From NCBI GenBank assembly GCA_029263175.1, contig JAJCXZ010000059.1:17909-81908 (forward strand): 64,000 bases of DNA, written 5' to 3'. How positions within the stretch are numbered: position 1 is the first letter of the stretch; every line of letters begins with the position of its first letter. Of this stretch, positions 26,450-36,345 are shown one piece after another. Under the pieces are notes generated by a model, which ran no database searches, was not told the DNA's origin, and saw nothing but the letters and a program-made list of their open reading frames with translations. A program made the translations under genes and the position numbers. This DNA comes from Acidimicrobiales bacterium. GTDB taxonomy: Bacteria > Actinomycetota > Acidimicrobiia > Acidimicrobiales > Aldehydirespiratoraceae.

Positions 26450-26510
26450 GGTGAGGAAACTCCGACGGTGGCAAAGAAGTTCCCGTCCGGTTGATCCGCG
26501 ATAATGGCCC

Positions 26511-29500
26511 ATGCCCATGCCCCCGTTCGAGAAGCTGCTCGTGGCCAACCGGGGCGAGATCGCAATCCGGGCGTTTCGTGCCGCCACTCAGCTGGGTGTC
26601 CGCACCGTGGCGATCCACACCTACGAGGACCGCAACAGCCTTCACCGACTCAAGGGCGACGAGGCCTACGAGATCGGGGAGCGAGGCCATCCGGTTCGCG
26701 CCTATCTCGACATCGACACCATCGTCGACGCGGCCAGACGGGCGGGCGCCGACGCGGTGTATCCGGGTTACGGGTTCCTGTCGGAGAGCCCTGACCTCGC
26801 GGCAGCCTGCGCCGAGGCCGGGCTGATCTTCGTCGGCCCGTCGGCGGCGGTGCTCACGCTCACCGGCAACAAGATGCGCGCACGCAGTTCGGCGCTGGCC
26901 GCCGGTCTACCGGTTCTCCACCAGTCAGAAGCGCTCACCGATCCCAACGAGGCGCTGACCAAAGCGGAGGAGATCGGTTATCCGATCTTCGTCAAGGCGG
27001 CCGCCGGTGGTGGCGGTCGCGGTCTGCGCCGGGTGGAACGCCCGGCTGATCTGCCCGATGCACTGGCCTCCGCGAGGCGCGAGGCGGAGAGCGCATTCGG
27101 CGACGCCACGGTCTTCCTCGAGGAGGCCGTCACCGATGTGCGTCACATCGAGGTGCAGGTGCTGGCCGACGCCGCCGGTGACGTCGTGCACCTCTACGAG
27201 CGTGATTGTTCGATGCAGCGCCGATTCCAGAAGGTTGTGGAGATTGCGCCGGCCCCGCATCTCGCTCCCGAGGTTCGCGAGGCGCTCTGCGCCGACGCGG
27301 TCGCCTACGCGCGGTCGATCGACTACCGCAATGCGGGCACCGTTGAGTTTCTGGTCGACGGAACCGGTCGTCACGTCTTCATCGAGATGAACCCTCGAAT
27401 CCAGGTGGAGCACACGGTCACCGAGGAGATCACCGACATTGATCTCGTGGAGTCACAGCTCCGGATAGCGGGGGGAGCCACCTTCGACGATCTCGGCATG
27501 AGCCAAGACACCATTCATGCGCACGGGTTCGCGCTCCAGTGTCGGATCACAGCCGAGGATCCGGCCAACGACTTTCGCCCCGACACCGGCCGCATCGTCG
27601 CTTTTCGCGAGCCGGGCGGTGCGGGCATCCGGCTCGACGGCGGCACCGGCTTCGTAGGCGCCGAAGTGTCGCCGTACTTCGACTCGCTCATCGTGAAGCT
27701 CACGTGTCGAGCGCCCGACTTCGCATCGGTGCTCCGCCGCTCGGAGAGGGCGCTGGCCGAGTTCAGGGTCCGCGGTGTCGGCACCAACATCGCGTTCCTG
27801 CAAGCGGTCCTGGCCGACGAGGACTTTCGCGATGGACTGGTGACCACCAACTTCATCGATCAGCGCCCGTACCTGACCGCAGCGTCGGTGGGTGCTGACA
27901 GGGCCAGCCGCCTGCTGCGCTATCTCGCCGACGTCACGGTCAACCGGCCCAATGGCGCACCCCCCGCCCTGGTCGAGCCGTCGACCAAGTTGCCGCCCCG
28001 TCCCGAGGTCGACCCACCGAACGGATCCAGTCAGCGACTCACGGACCTCGGCCCCACCGGCTTCGCCGAGTGGTTGCGAGCGAGCAACGACGTTGCGGTC
28101 ACCGATACCACCTTGCGCGATGCCCACCAGTCGATCCTCGCGACGCGGGTTCGGACCCTCGATCTCGTCGCCGGCGCCCGTCATCTCGCCCACTCGCTTC
28201 CGAACCTGCTCAGCCTCGAGTGCTGGGGTGGGGCCACATACGACGTCGCCCTGCGCTTCCTCCACGAGGACCCCTGGGACCGCCTCGCCCAGATCCGTGA
28301 GGCCGCGCCGAACCTGTGCCTCCAGATGCTCCTGCGGGGTCGCAATACCGTCGGTTACTCGCCGTACCCCGACATCGTCTGCCGTCGCTTCGTCGCGGAG
28401 GCCCATCGAACCGGGGTCGACCTCTTCCGGATTTTCGATGCGCTCAACGACGTCGAGCAGATGCGCCCTGCAATCGAGGCCACTCTCGAGACCGGGGCCA
28501 TCGCTGAGGGGACGCTGTGCTACTCGGGTGACCTCTCCGATCCCGCCGAAGCGCTCTACAACCTCGACTACTACCTCCGCATCGCCGAGGAGCTCGTCGC
28601 CGCCGGGGTTCACGTCCTGTGTGTGAAGGACATGGCCGGCTTGTTGCGGGCGCCTGCCGCCCGCACCCTCATACGGGCGCTCAAGGAGCGGTTCGATGCG
28701 CCCGTTCACCTGCACACCCACGACACGTCCGGCGGTCAGCTCGCCACCTATCTGGCGGCAATCGAGGTGGGTGTCGACGCCGTTGATGCGGCAGCCCCGC
28801 CGCTGTCGGGCATGACCAGTCAGCCGTCAATGAGCGCCCTGGTCGCCGCCACCGACCACAGCGCACGCGACACCGGGCTCGATCTCGAGGCCATCGGTGA
28901 CCTCGAGCCCTACTGGGAGGCCGTCCGCAACCTCTACTCACCGTTCGAGGCCGGGTTGCGTTCGCCCACCGGCACCGTCTACCGCCACGAGATTCCCGGG
29001 GGCCAGTTGAGCAACCTGCGTCAGCAGGCGCGTGCGCTCGGGCTCGACGACCGCTTCGAGGACGTCGAGCGTCTCTACGCGGCGTGTGACCGCATCCTCG
29101 GGCGTCCGATCAAGGTGACGCCCAGTTCGAAGGTGGTGGGCGACCTCGCGCTGCACCTCGTCGCCTCCGGTGTGACGCCGGAGCAGCTCCAAGCCGATCC
29201 TCGCAGCGTCGATCTCCCCGACAGCGTCGTGGCGTTCCTACGGGGCGAACTCGGTACGCCGGAGGCCGGCTTCCCGGAACCGTTCCGCACCGCAGCACTT
29301 GCCGACCGTCCCGACGCGGCACCGCCCACCTCGCTTTCCGACGACGATCGGGACGCGCTCGACGGCACGTCCGCCCGCAAGACACTGAACCGGCTTCTCT
29401 TCCCGGCCCCCGCCAAGTCCCAGCAGGAGATGGAGGAGCGCTATGGCGACCTCTCGGTTCTGCCGACTTCGCTGTTCTGGTACGGCCTCGACGAATCGGA

Positions 29501-29948
29501 GGATGACGTCTCTGTCGGACTCGACCGTGGCGTTCGCGTGCTGGTCGGACTCGAAGCGATCGGGGAGCCCAACGAGGAGGGCTTCCGGTCGGTCGTCTTT
29601 CGGCTGAATGGGCAGCTGCGCCCCGTCGACGTGCTCGATCGGGCTGTCGCCACCGATGTCGTGGCCGCCGAACAGGCCGACCCCGATCGCCCGGAACACG
29701 TCGCAGCGCCGTTCCGTGGTGTCGTCAACGTCTCGGTCGAGGCGGGCTCCGTCATCAGCGCCGGCGAGTCGTTGGGCGTGATCGAGGCCATGAAGATGGA
29801 GTCACACATCACGTCACCATTTGACGGCACCGTCGTCCGAGTGGCCATCGGTGCGGCCGCTTCGGTCGAACCGGGTGATCTCGTCATGGTGCTCCGCCCG
29901 AGCGGTACCCCGGACTCGCCGGTGATCTACGCCGACGAGAGCTTCTAG
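26511..29948 (+). CDS. pyc: pyruvate carboxylase
   Basis: Track ORF of 1145 aa. It has a biotin carboxylase N-terminus (KLLVANRGEIAIRAFRA), a carboxyltransferase core and the C-terminal biotinyl motif EAMKME. Confidence 0.95.
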   Translation: MPMPPFEKLLVANRGEIAIRAFRAATQLGVRTVAIHTYEDRNSLHRLKGDEAYEIGERGHPVRAYLDIDTIVDAARRAGADAVYPGYGFLSESPDLAAACAEAGLIFVGPSAAVLTLTGNKMRARSSALAAGLPVLHQSEALTDPNEALTKAEEIGYPIFVKAAAGGGGRGLRRVERPADLPDALASARREAESAFGDATVFLEEAVTDVRHIEVQVLADAAGDVVHLYERDCSMQRRFQKVVEIAPAPHLAPEVREALCADAVAYARSIDYRNAGTVEFLVDGTGRHVFIEMNPRIQVEHTVTEEITDIDLVESQLRIAGGATFDDLGMSQDTIHAHGFALQCRITAEDPANDFRPDTGRIVAFREPGGAGIRLDGGTGFVGAEVSPYFDSLIVKLTCRAPDFASVLRRSERALAEFRVRGVGTNIAFLQAVLADEDFRDGLVTTNFIDQRPYLTAASVGADRASRLLRYLADVTVNRPNGAPPALVEPSTKLPPRPEVDPPNGSSQRLTDLGPTGFAEWLRASNDVAVTDTTLRDAHQSILATRVRTLDLVAGARHLAHSLPNLLSLECWGGATYDVALRFLHEDPWDRLAQIREAAPNLCLQMLLRGRNTVGYSPYPDIVCRRFVAEAHRTGVDLFRIFDALNDVEQMRPAIEATLETGAIAEGTLCYSGDLSDPAEALYNLDYYLRIAEELVAAGVHVLCVKDMAGLLRAPAARTLIRALKERFDAPVHLHTHDTSGGQLATYLAAIEVGVDAVDAAAPPLSGMTSQPSMSALVAATDHSARDTGLDLEAIGDLEPYWEAVRNLYSPFEAGLRSPTGTVYRHEIPGGQLSNLRQQARALGLDDRFEDVERLYAACDRILGRPIKVTPSSKVVGDLALHLVASGVTPEQLQADPRSVDLPDSVVAFLRGELGTPEAGFPEPFRTAALADRPDAAPPTSLSDDDRDALDGTSARKTLNRLLFPAPAKSQQEMEERYGDLSVLPTSLFWYGLDESEDDVSVGLDRGVRVLVGLEAIGEPNEEGFRSVVFRLNGQLRPVDVLDRAVATDVVAAEQADPDRPEHVAAPFRGVVNVSVEAGSVISAGESLGVIEAMKMESHITSPFDGTVVRVAIGAAASVEPGDLVMVLRPSGTPDSPVIYADESF

Positions 29949-30682
29949 TTCGCCGACTCCTGCTCGCCGGGCAGGTGCCCGGCCCGGTGACCGTCGGTCC
30001 AGTCCTCGGTCTGTGGGGCATCGGTGAGCCCGCCCAGGATCCGTAGCTGTGGAACCTCTCGCATGCTGCGCTTCATCTCCGCGAATCCGGGGAAGCCGGC
30101 GAGTTCCACTACAGCGTCCCAGAGCCGGAGGGCATCGGCGTCGTCGGGGACCCGCGAGATGACCGGGCCGAAGAACGACAGCCCGTCGGGCGGGTGGAAC
30201 GTGATGATCGGCGTGCCCACGTCTCGGCCGGTGCGGGAGAGCGCGAGATCCGACTCCTCATCGATCAGCTGATCCCACGACTCATCGTCGAGCGCTTCGG
30301 CGAAGCGGGTGGGAACGCCGGCCGCCTCGAGCACCTCGACCGCGTGCTCGGTGGTGCTCAGTTTGGTTCGCATCCCCGAGCCTGTGGGCAGGTCCCAGTA
30401 CGACTCGCCGTAGGCGGTCACCAGCGCGGCGATTCGTCCACGGCCGAGATCGGCGCGCACGGCGGCCGCGACCCGTAGGAAGCGCAGGCCGGCGGTGTGA
30501 CCGAATTCGTAGCCTCCGGGGAACTCGGTGGCGTAGTCCTTGTGTTTGTTGATGAGGCGCAGCGAGATGAACCTGTAGTCGACGTCGTAGTCGCGTTGGG
30601 CGGCAACCTTCTCGACCCACCGAGACGTGATCCAGGCAAACGGACAAACGGGGTCCCAGAAGAACTCGATGTCAGGCGTCAT
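29945..30682 (-). CDS. DsbA-family thioredoxin-fold protein (Rv2466c-like, monothiol CPFA variant)
   Basis: Track ORF 29945..30718 trimmed to ATG comp. 30680-30682 (MTPDIEFFWDPVCPFAWITSRWV...). The active site reads C-P-F-A rather than CxxC. Confidence 0.8.
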   Translation of the reverse strand: MTPDIEFFWDPVCPFAWITSRWVEKVAAQRDYDVDYRFISLRLINKHKDYATEFPGGYEFGHTAGLRFLRVAAAVRADLGRGRIAALVTAYGESYWDLPTGSGMRTKLSTTEHAVEVLEAAGVPTRFAEALDDESWDQLIDEESDLALSRTGRDVGTPIITFHPPDGLSFFGPVISRVPDDADALRLWDAVVELAGFPGFAEMKRSMREVPQLRILGGLTDAPQTEDWTDGHRAGHLPGEQESAN

Positions 30683-32081
30683 GGGGGAGTGATCCTTTCG
30701 CCGCCCGAAGGTAGCCATACGGCGTTGCCGCGGCGAAGTTGCTCACGCGACTCGTGTAGACATCGGCGTACTTCTCGACCTGGCGGGCGAAGAGGCTCTT
30801 GTCGACGCCGGCGCGCATCAACGGCCCCCACACGTCGTTGCCCTGCGCGGCGGCGGCCTGGGCCAGTGGTGCGATCTTCGCAGCGATCGCGGCGACCTCG
30901 GCGGCCGCGGTCTCGATCGAGGCGTCGAGCTTGTCGCGAGGCTTCTCCGCCACCACCCGGCGACGTCGCCGGAGCCGGAGTTGTGCGTGAGCCTGCTCGA
31001 GGCGGCCCTTCTCGAGCATCAGCTCGCTCAGTTGACGCTCGGTATCGGCAAAGGCTTCGGCGGCCTCGACCTCGTCTTCGAGCTCACGGGCGATCAGACA
31101 GGTGCGCCAGCGCAGGACATCCTTGGTGACGTGGACGTCGCCGAAGAGGTGGTCACCCACGTAGAGGAACTGTGATGGATCGTGCCCGAGCGATGACTCG
31201 ACCATGCGGGCGTTGCCGCCGTGATAGACCTCGCCACTCTCAAGGGCGCCGTTGTGGGGTTCGAGGTGCCCGAGCTCATCGTCGACCAGGCGGAAGATCG
31301 GGCCGCGCTCGGAGAAGAAGCGGGGCTTGGCCGCAGCCACGATCACGACATCGAAGAGGTCTCGCCATGTCTGGCCGTCGGGCATCGACTTGTTGAAGCA
31401 CCAGTTCATCATGCGCTCGGAGTACCACCACTCGGAGTTAGTGATCAGGAGCAGCTGCTTGCCGGCCAGGCGTTGGTCGGTCAGCGTCTCGATGATCCCG
31501 GGATCGAAGTCGACAAAGCGATCGGGATCGTCGACGATCTGCTGCTTGAGTGCGCCCTCCAGGTGAGCGGCACCAAGGGCCCGGTCGATCTCGCGGTAGA
31601 GCTGGAGATACGAGCTGATCCCGGCAAGGGGCTTCACGTCGTGGATCTCGATCAGCTGTGTCCACAGGGATGCACGGCTCAGCTCGAAGAGGGTGTTCAT
31701 GAACTCGAATCGGTCTTCGCCGAGATCGATCACGATCTCGGCGTAGACGTTGCGTTGCTCATCGAAGCTCAACGCCTCGTTTCCGTGCTGAACCTTCATC
31801 ACGTAGCCGAATCGGGTGGCCTTCACCAGGTTGCCGAGTTCGACGTCGAAGACCAGACCGAGTGTGAACGCACGAGGGTCGAACGTGAGCGACTCCACCG
31901 GCCAACCGCGCTCCGCCAGGCGTTGGCGGGCATGTTCGAAGGCGGCGCGTTCCCATTCGTCCACGTGGTAGTGGATGAGCGTGTAGTCCATGTCGTAGCC
32001 GATGGCCCGTACGCCGCGGAGGTTGAGCGTGCGATTGCAGTAGAGGTCGCGGCCGGGACTGGAGGTGAGGGGGTCTTCCAT
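30672..32081 (-). CDS. HAD-IG family 5'-nucleotidase
   Basis: Track ORF whose N-terminus LYCNRTLNLRGVRAIGYDMDYTLIHY matches the cytosolic 5'-nucleotidase (HAD-IG) signature. It has a coiled-coil-like C-terminus. Confidence 0.85.
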   Translation of the reverse strand: MEDPLTSSPGRDLYCNRTLNLRGVRAIGYDMDYTLIHYHVDEWERAAFEHARQRLAERGWPVESLTFDPRAFTLGLVFDVELGNLVKATRFGYVMKVQHGNEALSFDEQRNVYAEIVIDLGEDRFEFMNTLFELSRASLWTQLIEIHDVKPLAGISSYLQLYREIDRALGAAHLEGALKQQIVDDPDRFVDFDPGIIETLTDQRLAGKQLLLITNSEWWYSERMMNWCFNKSMPDGQTWRDLFDVVIVAAAKPRFFSERGPIFRLVDDELGHLEPHNGALESGEVYHGGNARMVESSLGHDPSQFLYVGDHLFGDVHVTKDVLRWRTCLIARELEDEVEAAEAFADTERQLSELMLEKGRLEQAHAQLRLRRRRRVVAEKPRDKLDASIETAAAEVAAIAAKIAPLAQAAAAQGNDVWGPLMRAGVDKSLFARQVEKYADVYTSRVSNFAAATPYGYLRAAKGSLPHDA

Positions 32082-32086
32082 TGCGC

Positions 32087-32536
32087 TCAGTCTCGCACTC
32101 GCAACGGCTCAATCGCGTCGACATAGTCGGCGAGGCGGGCCGCGACCTCGATCGAGGCTTCAGGATCTTCGGGGTCGGGTGGTTCCCAGACTTCAGAGAT
32201 TCGACGCCAGGAGTCCATACCGAGGAAGGGGCCGGCCTCGGCCTCGTCACCGAGGCCTTTCCGCCACTTCTTCTCCCTGGTCAGGAGGTGAACGAGGCAC
32301 GCCTCGTTTTCGGCAGGATCGCGATGCTCCGCGTGGAAGCCGATCTCCAACGCCATCTCGCCGTCCCGGCGGACGAGCTGTGCCTCGTAGTGTTCGCGAG
32401 CCGCCTGGCCGTCGTCGGCGCCGAACCACACCTTCAGACCACGCCGGTGCGCACTGGCATGAACGATGCCGTGATCGTCGTCGACGAAGCCCTCGAGGGC
32501 GTCGAGAACATGTTCGAAGAATCCGGGTTCGGCCAC
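32087..32536 (-). CDS. hypothetical acidic protein
   Basis: Track ORF with coding-like composition. The overlapping plus-strand ORFs are Arg-rich shadows. It is tightly packed between neighbouring minus-strand genes. Confidence 0.6.
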   Translation of the reverse strand: MAEPGFFEHVLDALEGFVDDDHGIVHASAHRRGLKVWFGADDGQAAREHYEAQLVRRDGEMALEIGFHAEHRDPAENEACLVHLLTREKKWRKGLGDEAEAGPFLGMDSWRRISEVWEPPDPEDPEASIEVAARLADYVDAIEPLRVRD

Positions 32537-32537
32537 G

Positions 32538-32957
32538 TCAGTTGATCTGGCCCGTCACGCTCACCGGTGTCACCCGAGCGACGAGTCGACCCTCGTTGAC
32601 CATGGCACGTCGGAATTCCGCCCAATCGGAGTGATCGCCTCCCGTCACTGCTTTGTAGACGGCAACGAGTTCGTCGGCTGTCGCATCGTCGGGCGCGGTG
32701 CAGACCGGCGAAAGGTCGACCGTGGCGTCGATGGATACATAGCTCCAGGCGCTCGGCTCGCTGATGTGCAGCACGACCCGGTTGTCGCGCCGCATGTTGA
32801 CGGTCTTTGCCCGACTGTCGGTGAGGGAGATGTTGATCGTGCCCTCCATGACCGCGTAGGCGATGTCAGATGATTGTGCGCGCCCGTCTCGCCGGAGTGT
32901 GATCAGCGTTGCGGTGCGGCGCCCGGTCGCCCAGGCCAGGGCTTCGGAAAGGTTCAT
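32538..32957 (-). CDS. PPOX-class (pyridoxamine 5'-phosphate oxidase-like) probable F420-dependent enzyme
   Basis: Track ORF. ATLITLRRDGRAQSSDIAYAV...RAKTVNMRRDNRVVLHI resembles the Rv1155-type PPOX family. Confidence 0.8.
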   Translation of the reverse strand: MNLSEALAWATGRRTATLITLRRDGRAQSSDIAYAVMEGTINISLTDSRAKTVNMRRDNRVVLHISEPSAWSYVSIDATVDLSPVCTAPDDATADELVAVYKAVTGGDHSDWAEFRRAMVNEGRLVARVTPVSVTGQIN

Positions 32958-33043
32958 CTCGACAGTCTCGCACTTCTGAGTCCTTCGACCTATTGGTCGA
33001 CGTGCTCCTCAGCTCGTGGGGCAGTTGCGCCGACGGTAGAGAC

Positions 33044-33394
33044 ATGAGCTGGAGACAACTCTCGGGATTGATCGCCGTTGCCGCGCTCGCTGGGTCGTGC
33101 GGTAGCTCTGCGCCTGATCCGCTGCCCGTGGCCGAACGTACCGTTGCGTCCACGACGACACTGGCTCCCGAGGACGACAGCGTCGCGACGTCGGCACTCT
33201 CGTCGGCGGCGGACGGCGAAGAGATCGTCGATCACGGCGACCTCGACCCGGAGGCCGTCGTCGTTGCGGCCGTGCTCATCGCCTCGGGCGGCGATCTCGA
33301 AGCGGCGATCGCCGACGGATGGATCACCGAGGCCGAGGCGGAAGCCGCTTTGGCCGGAATCGAAGACGGGTCGCTCGCGGCTCTACTCGACTGA
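33044..33394 (+). CDS. small lipoprotein
   Basis: Track ORF 32909..33394 trimmed to ATG 33044 (MSWRQLSGLIAVAALAGSCG, with a lipobox). No family recognised. Confidence 0.6.
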   Translation: MSWRQLSGLIAVAALAGSCGSSAPDPLPVAERTVASTTTLAPEDDSVATSALSSAADGEEIVDHGDLDPEAVVVAAVLIASGGDLEAAIADGWITEAEAEAALAGIEDGSLAALLD

Positions 33395-34636
33395 GCCCAA
33401 CGGCTCAACGGCGTCCAGCGCCGTTGGTCGTTGGAGCACAGGGACACCGGCGTCGGATTTGATCAGTGACGCGCGGGCAACGGCGCGGCCTCCCCACCGG
33501 CGCCGAATGTCATCCACGAGTCCGTCGAGCGCTTCGGTCGGCCTTCCCTCCTCGGGGAACCGGATCGCCAGCTGTACCGCATCGGGCCGGGCGAGCCCGC
33601 TGAACGTGACTCCAATGAGAGAACACCCGACACGGCCCAGACGGGTGCCGGGGCCGTGGGGCCCGTCGACGAGGGAACTCAGCAGATCGTCAGCGGTGGC
33701 AGTGAGGATCGCGGTGGACGCAGTGGGTTCGAGCAGGGTCCGCGATCGGCTTTCGTGACGCAGATCGGCGGTACGGAACCGAACCGTGACGGTGCGCGTG
33801 AGGCGCTCGGCCTTGCGCAGCCGGGCCGCGACCTTCTCGACGAGTCCGAGGAGGTCGGTTCGCAGTTCGCCGCGGGTGCGAACTCGGATGCCGAGTGCCC
33901 GCTGCGCGCCCATGGATCGGTCGCGCCGGGCCGTGTCGACCTTTCGGGGATCGAGGTTGTGGGCGAGGTCTCGAAGATGGCGTCCAGAGTGGCTGCCGAG
34001 CAGGGACTGCATCTCCGCTCGGCCACTCGATGCGAGATCGCCGACCGTCTCGACCCCGTGGTTTCGCAGCTTCTCGGAGGTGGCCGGCCCGACTCCCCAC
34101 AGGACTTCGACCGGAAGCGGGTGGAGGAATTCCCGCTCCCGGTCGGGATCAACAACGAGCAATCCATCGGGCTTGGACTGGGCGCTCGCCACCTTGGCCA
34201 GGAACTTGGTACGAGCCACGCCCACCGAGATCGGGAGGCCGACGTCGACCAGGACCCGGGTGCGTAGCTGAGCCGCGATGTCTGCGGGAGACCCGAAGAT
34301 TCGAAGCGCACCGGAAACGTCGAGGAAGGCCTCATCGACAGAGATTGGTTCGACCTCAGGGGTGAAGTCGTGGAACCGTTCGAACACGGCGGAGGAAGCC
34401 TCGCCATAGGCCTCCATCCGGGGCTCCACCACGATTGCGTGGGGGCACAACATCCGCGCTTGGCGGCCGTTCATGGCTGAACGAACGCCGTAGGCCTTGG
34501 CTTCGTAGCTGGCCGCGAGCACGACGCCGCCGCCGACAATGACGGGTCGGTCCCGAAGGCGAGGATTGTCGCGCTGCTCGACCGACGCGTAGAAGGAGTC
34601 GAGATCCGCATGAAGGATGTTCGCGACGCCGGGCAC
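33383..34636 (-). CDS. dinB: DNA polymerase IV (Y-family)
   Basis: Track ORF 33383..34672 has a TTG start. I prefer GTG comp. 34634-34636 (MPGVANILHADLDSFYASVEQRDNP...) because a LexA box occupies 34653-34666. The start remains uncertain, since no clear RBS is present. Confidence 0.85.
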   Translation of the reverse strand: MPGVANILHADLDSFYASVEQRDNPRLRDRPVIVGGGVVLAASYEAKAYGVRSAMNGRQARMLCPHAIVVEPRMEAYGEASSAVFERFHDFTPEVEPISVDEAFLDVSGALRIFGSPADIAAQLRTRVLVDVGLPISVGVARTKFLAKVASAQSKPDGLLVVDPDREREFLHPLPVEVLWGVGPATSEKLRNHGVETVGDLASSGRAEMQSLLGSHSGRHLRDLAHNLDPRKVDTARRDRSMGAQRALGIRVRTRGELRTDLLGLVEKVAARLRKAERLTRTVTVRFRTADLRHESRSRTLLEPTASTAILTATADDLLSSLVDGPHGPGTRLGRVGCSLIGVTFSGLARPDAVQLAIRFPEEGRPTEALDGLVDDIRRRWGGRAVARASLIKSDAGVPVLQRPTALDAVEPLGSVE

Positions 34637-34652
34637 ATTCGGAGTGTAGAAG

Positions 34653-34666
34653 CGAACAAACGTTCG
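34653..34666. promoter_or_regulatory. LexA (SOS/Cheo-type) box CGAACAAACGTTCG
   Basis: Perfect CGAAC-N4-GTTCG palindrome between dinB (start 34636, minus) and the divergent gene starting at 34708. Confidence 0.7.
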
Positions 34667-34707
34667 GTGCAAGCGGATGTTCGTTGTGCAGCGGGCATCA
34701 TGGCCAG

Positions 34708-35259
34708 ATGGCGACGCGGCGCTACGGAACGATAGTCAAACACCTCACCGACGACCCCGAGACGGCGGTGGAACTCGCGCAGAAGCTCTCCGACGACGTC
34801 CTCACCCATCTTGCGGCGGCGTTGCGCGACGAAGTGCGCCGGCGAGCAATCAGTGGCGGCAACCTCGAGGCGCTGATCGAGCAGGCGTTCGAGTCCGGCT
34901 TCGGGCGAGATGGTCTCGGCACCATGCCCTGGGTGGACGGATCGGTGATCGTGTGCCCAGGGTCGATCGTGGCGAAGAGTCGCACCAACCATCGATGTCG
35001 CTTCGTCAGTGTGGACGACGTCTGGATCTGGGAATCATCGGAGCTGATCCAAGAAGAGAAACTGTCTCATCCAGGCCGCGATGAGGGGTTCAAGGCCGTC
35101 GCCCTGCTGCCGGTCACCGAGGGGATGTCGCTCGACGTCGTCACCGGCAAAGCCCGCGCCGGTCAGCACTCGGTCGACCGAGTGGTCTCCTTCGAGGTTC
35201 GCAAGGGCGAACTCATCGAGGTCAGCCAGCGTCAGGTGAGCGGCCGAGGGATGCAGTAG
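34708..35259 (+). CDS. hypothetical protein divergent from dinB
   Basis: Track ORF 34684..35259 has a TTG start and was trimmed to the in-frame ATG 34708 (MATRRYGTIVKHLTDDPETAVELAQKL...). Composition is coding-like and no family was recognised. Confidence 0.6.
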   Translation: MATRRYGTIVKHLTDDPETAVELAQKLSDDVLTHLAAALRDEVRRRAISGGNLEALIEQAFESGFGRDGLGTMPWVDGSVIVCPGSIVAKSRTNHRCRFVSVDDVWIWESSELIQEEKLSHPGRDEGFKAVALLPVTEGMSLDVVTGKARAGQHSVDRVVSFEVRKGELIEVSQRQVSGRGMQ

Positions 35260-35266
35260 CGACCGC

Positions 35267-35851
35267 TCAGGCTGCGGGCGGTAGTTCGAAACTCTCGACC
35301 CGCTGAAGCACGTTGCGGTCGGTGTGCGGGAAGGGTTCGTCGTACTCCTTCATCACGAGGGTCGACGTTTCGTCATAGGTGAGGGTGTCGCCGTCCACGG
35401 AGAGGTTGAGTTCGTAGGCTGTGCAGCGGGCGTTGTTGAGCAGGTAGGTGTTCTGGGTGATGCCGTACTCGTCGCTGTCAGCATCGGCACGCAGGGTGAA
35501 CGAGGTGGCGTCGGGCTCGACTTCACCGCCGGCGAGGATCGCCGAGCCGCGAGGGATGACGAAACCACGCATCACGTGCTTGAGGGTGCTGCACCACAGC
35601 CAGTACCCGACTTCGGTGTGGAATGGGTCGTCTTCGCCGACACGCCAGGCGGCCATCTTGTAGTCGAGGCCATAAAGTCGCTGGCTGCCGTTGTCGACCG
35701 GACCGAACGGCTTGAACGTGATCTCCTCACGGTACGAAGTGTCGCCCGACTCGTCGTCGGCGTGGTGATGCGAGAAGTCGATGCCGCCGTTGCCATGCCA
35801 GACGCCTGCCAGCGCAGCGAGGGGGCCGAAGTGGTCTGTCTGTGTGCTCAT
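35267..35851 (-). CDS. nitrobindin-like heme-binding beta-barrel (DUF1794/FABP-like) protein
   Basis: Track ORF. The N-terminus FGPLAALAGVWHGNGGIDFS and the overall beta-rich pattern resemble the nitrobindin/THAP4-like family. Confidence 0.7.
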   Translation of the reverse strand: MSTQTDHFGPLAALAGVWHGNGGIDFSHHHADDESGDTSYREEITFKPFGPVDNGSQRLYGLDYKMAAWRVGEDDPFHTEVGYWLWCSTLKHVMRGFVIPRGSAILAGGEVEPDATSFTLRADADSDEYGITQNTYLLNNARCTAYELNLSVDGDTLTYDETSTLVMKEYDEPFPHTDRNVLQRVESFELPPAA

Positions 35852-35931
35852 ATGTCCGGACCATATCTGAGTTCTGGACTAAGTCCAAGTTCGGATTCAC
35901 TCTATTCCCGGTCGCTGGTACAGTCCTTTCG

Positions 35932-36345
35932 GTGCACACCTCGCTTCTCGATCGACTTCGCCTGCACGGCTATCGACTCACGGCGCAGCGTCGCGCCGTC
36001 GCTGAAGCCCTCGACGGCATCAATGTGCATCTGACCGCCGACGAGGTGCACGCTCGGGCTGCCGACATTCTTCCCGAGATCAGTCGGGCCACCGTCTACA
36101 GCACCCTTCACGAGCTCACCGAGATGGGCGAGATCCTCGAGTTGGGTATCGAGGGTCGTTCGAAGCGGTATGACCCCACAACCTCACCGCACAATCATCT
36201 GGTGTGTGATTCCTGTGGTGTGATCCACGATGTGCAGCACGGTGTGGCCGCACCGGAGTTGCCCCTCAACGAGGCCCACGGCATGGCCGTGCGCCGCGCC
36301 GAAGTCGTCTACCACGCCACCTGCGGAACGTGTTTGGCGAGCTGA
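35932..36345 (+). CDS. Fur-family transcriptional regulator
   Basis: Track ORF 35842..36345 trimmed to GTG 35932 (VHTSLLDRLRLHGYRLTAQRRAVAEAL...). It has a winged-helix N-terminus, HNHLVCDSCG and CGTC metal-site motifs. The stop overlaps the next gene by 16 nt. Confidence 0.85.
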   Translation: MHTSLLDRLRLHGYRLTAQRRAVAEALDGINVHLTADEVHARAADILPEISRATVYSTLHELTEMGEILELGIEGRSKRYDPTTSPHNHLVCDSCGVIHDVQHGVAAPELPLNEAHGMAVRRAEVVYHATCGTCLAS

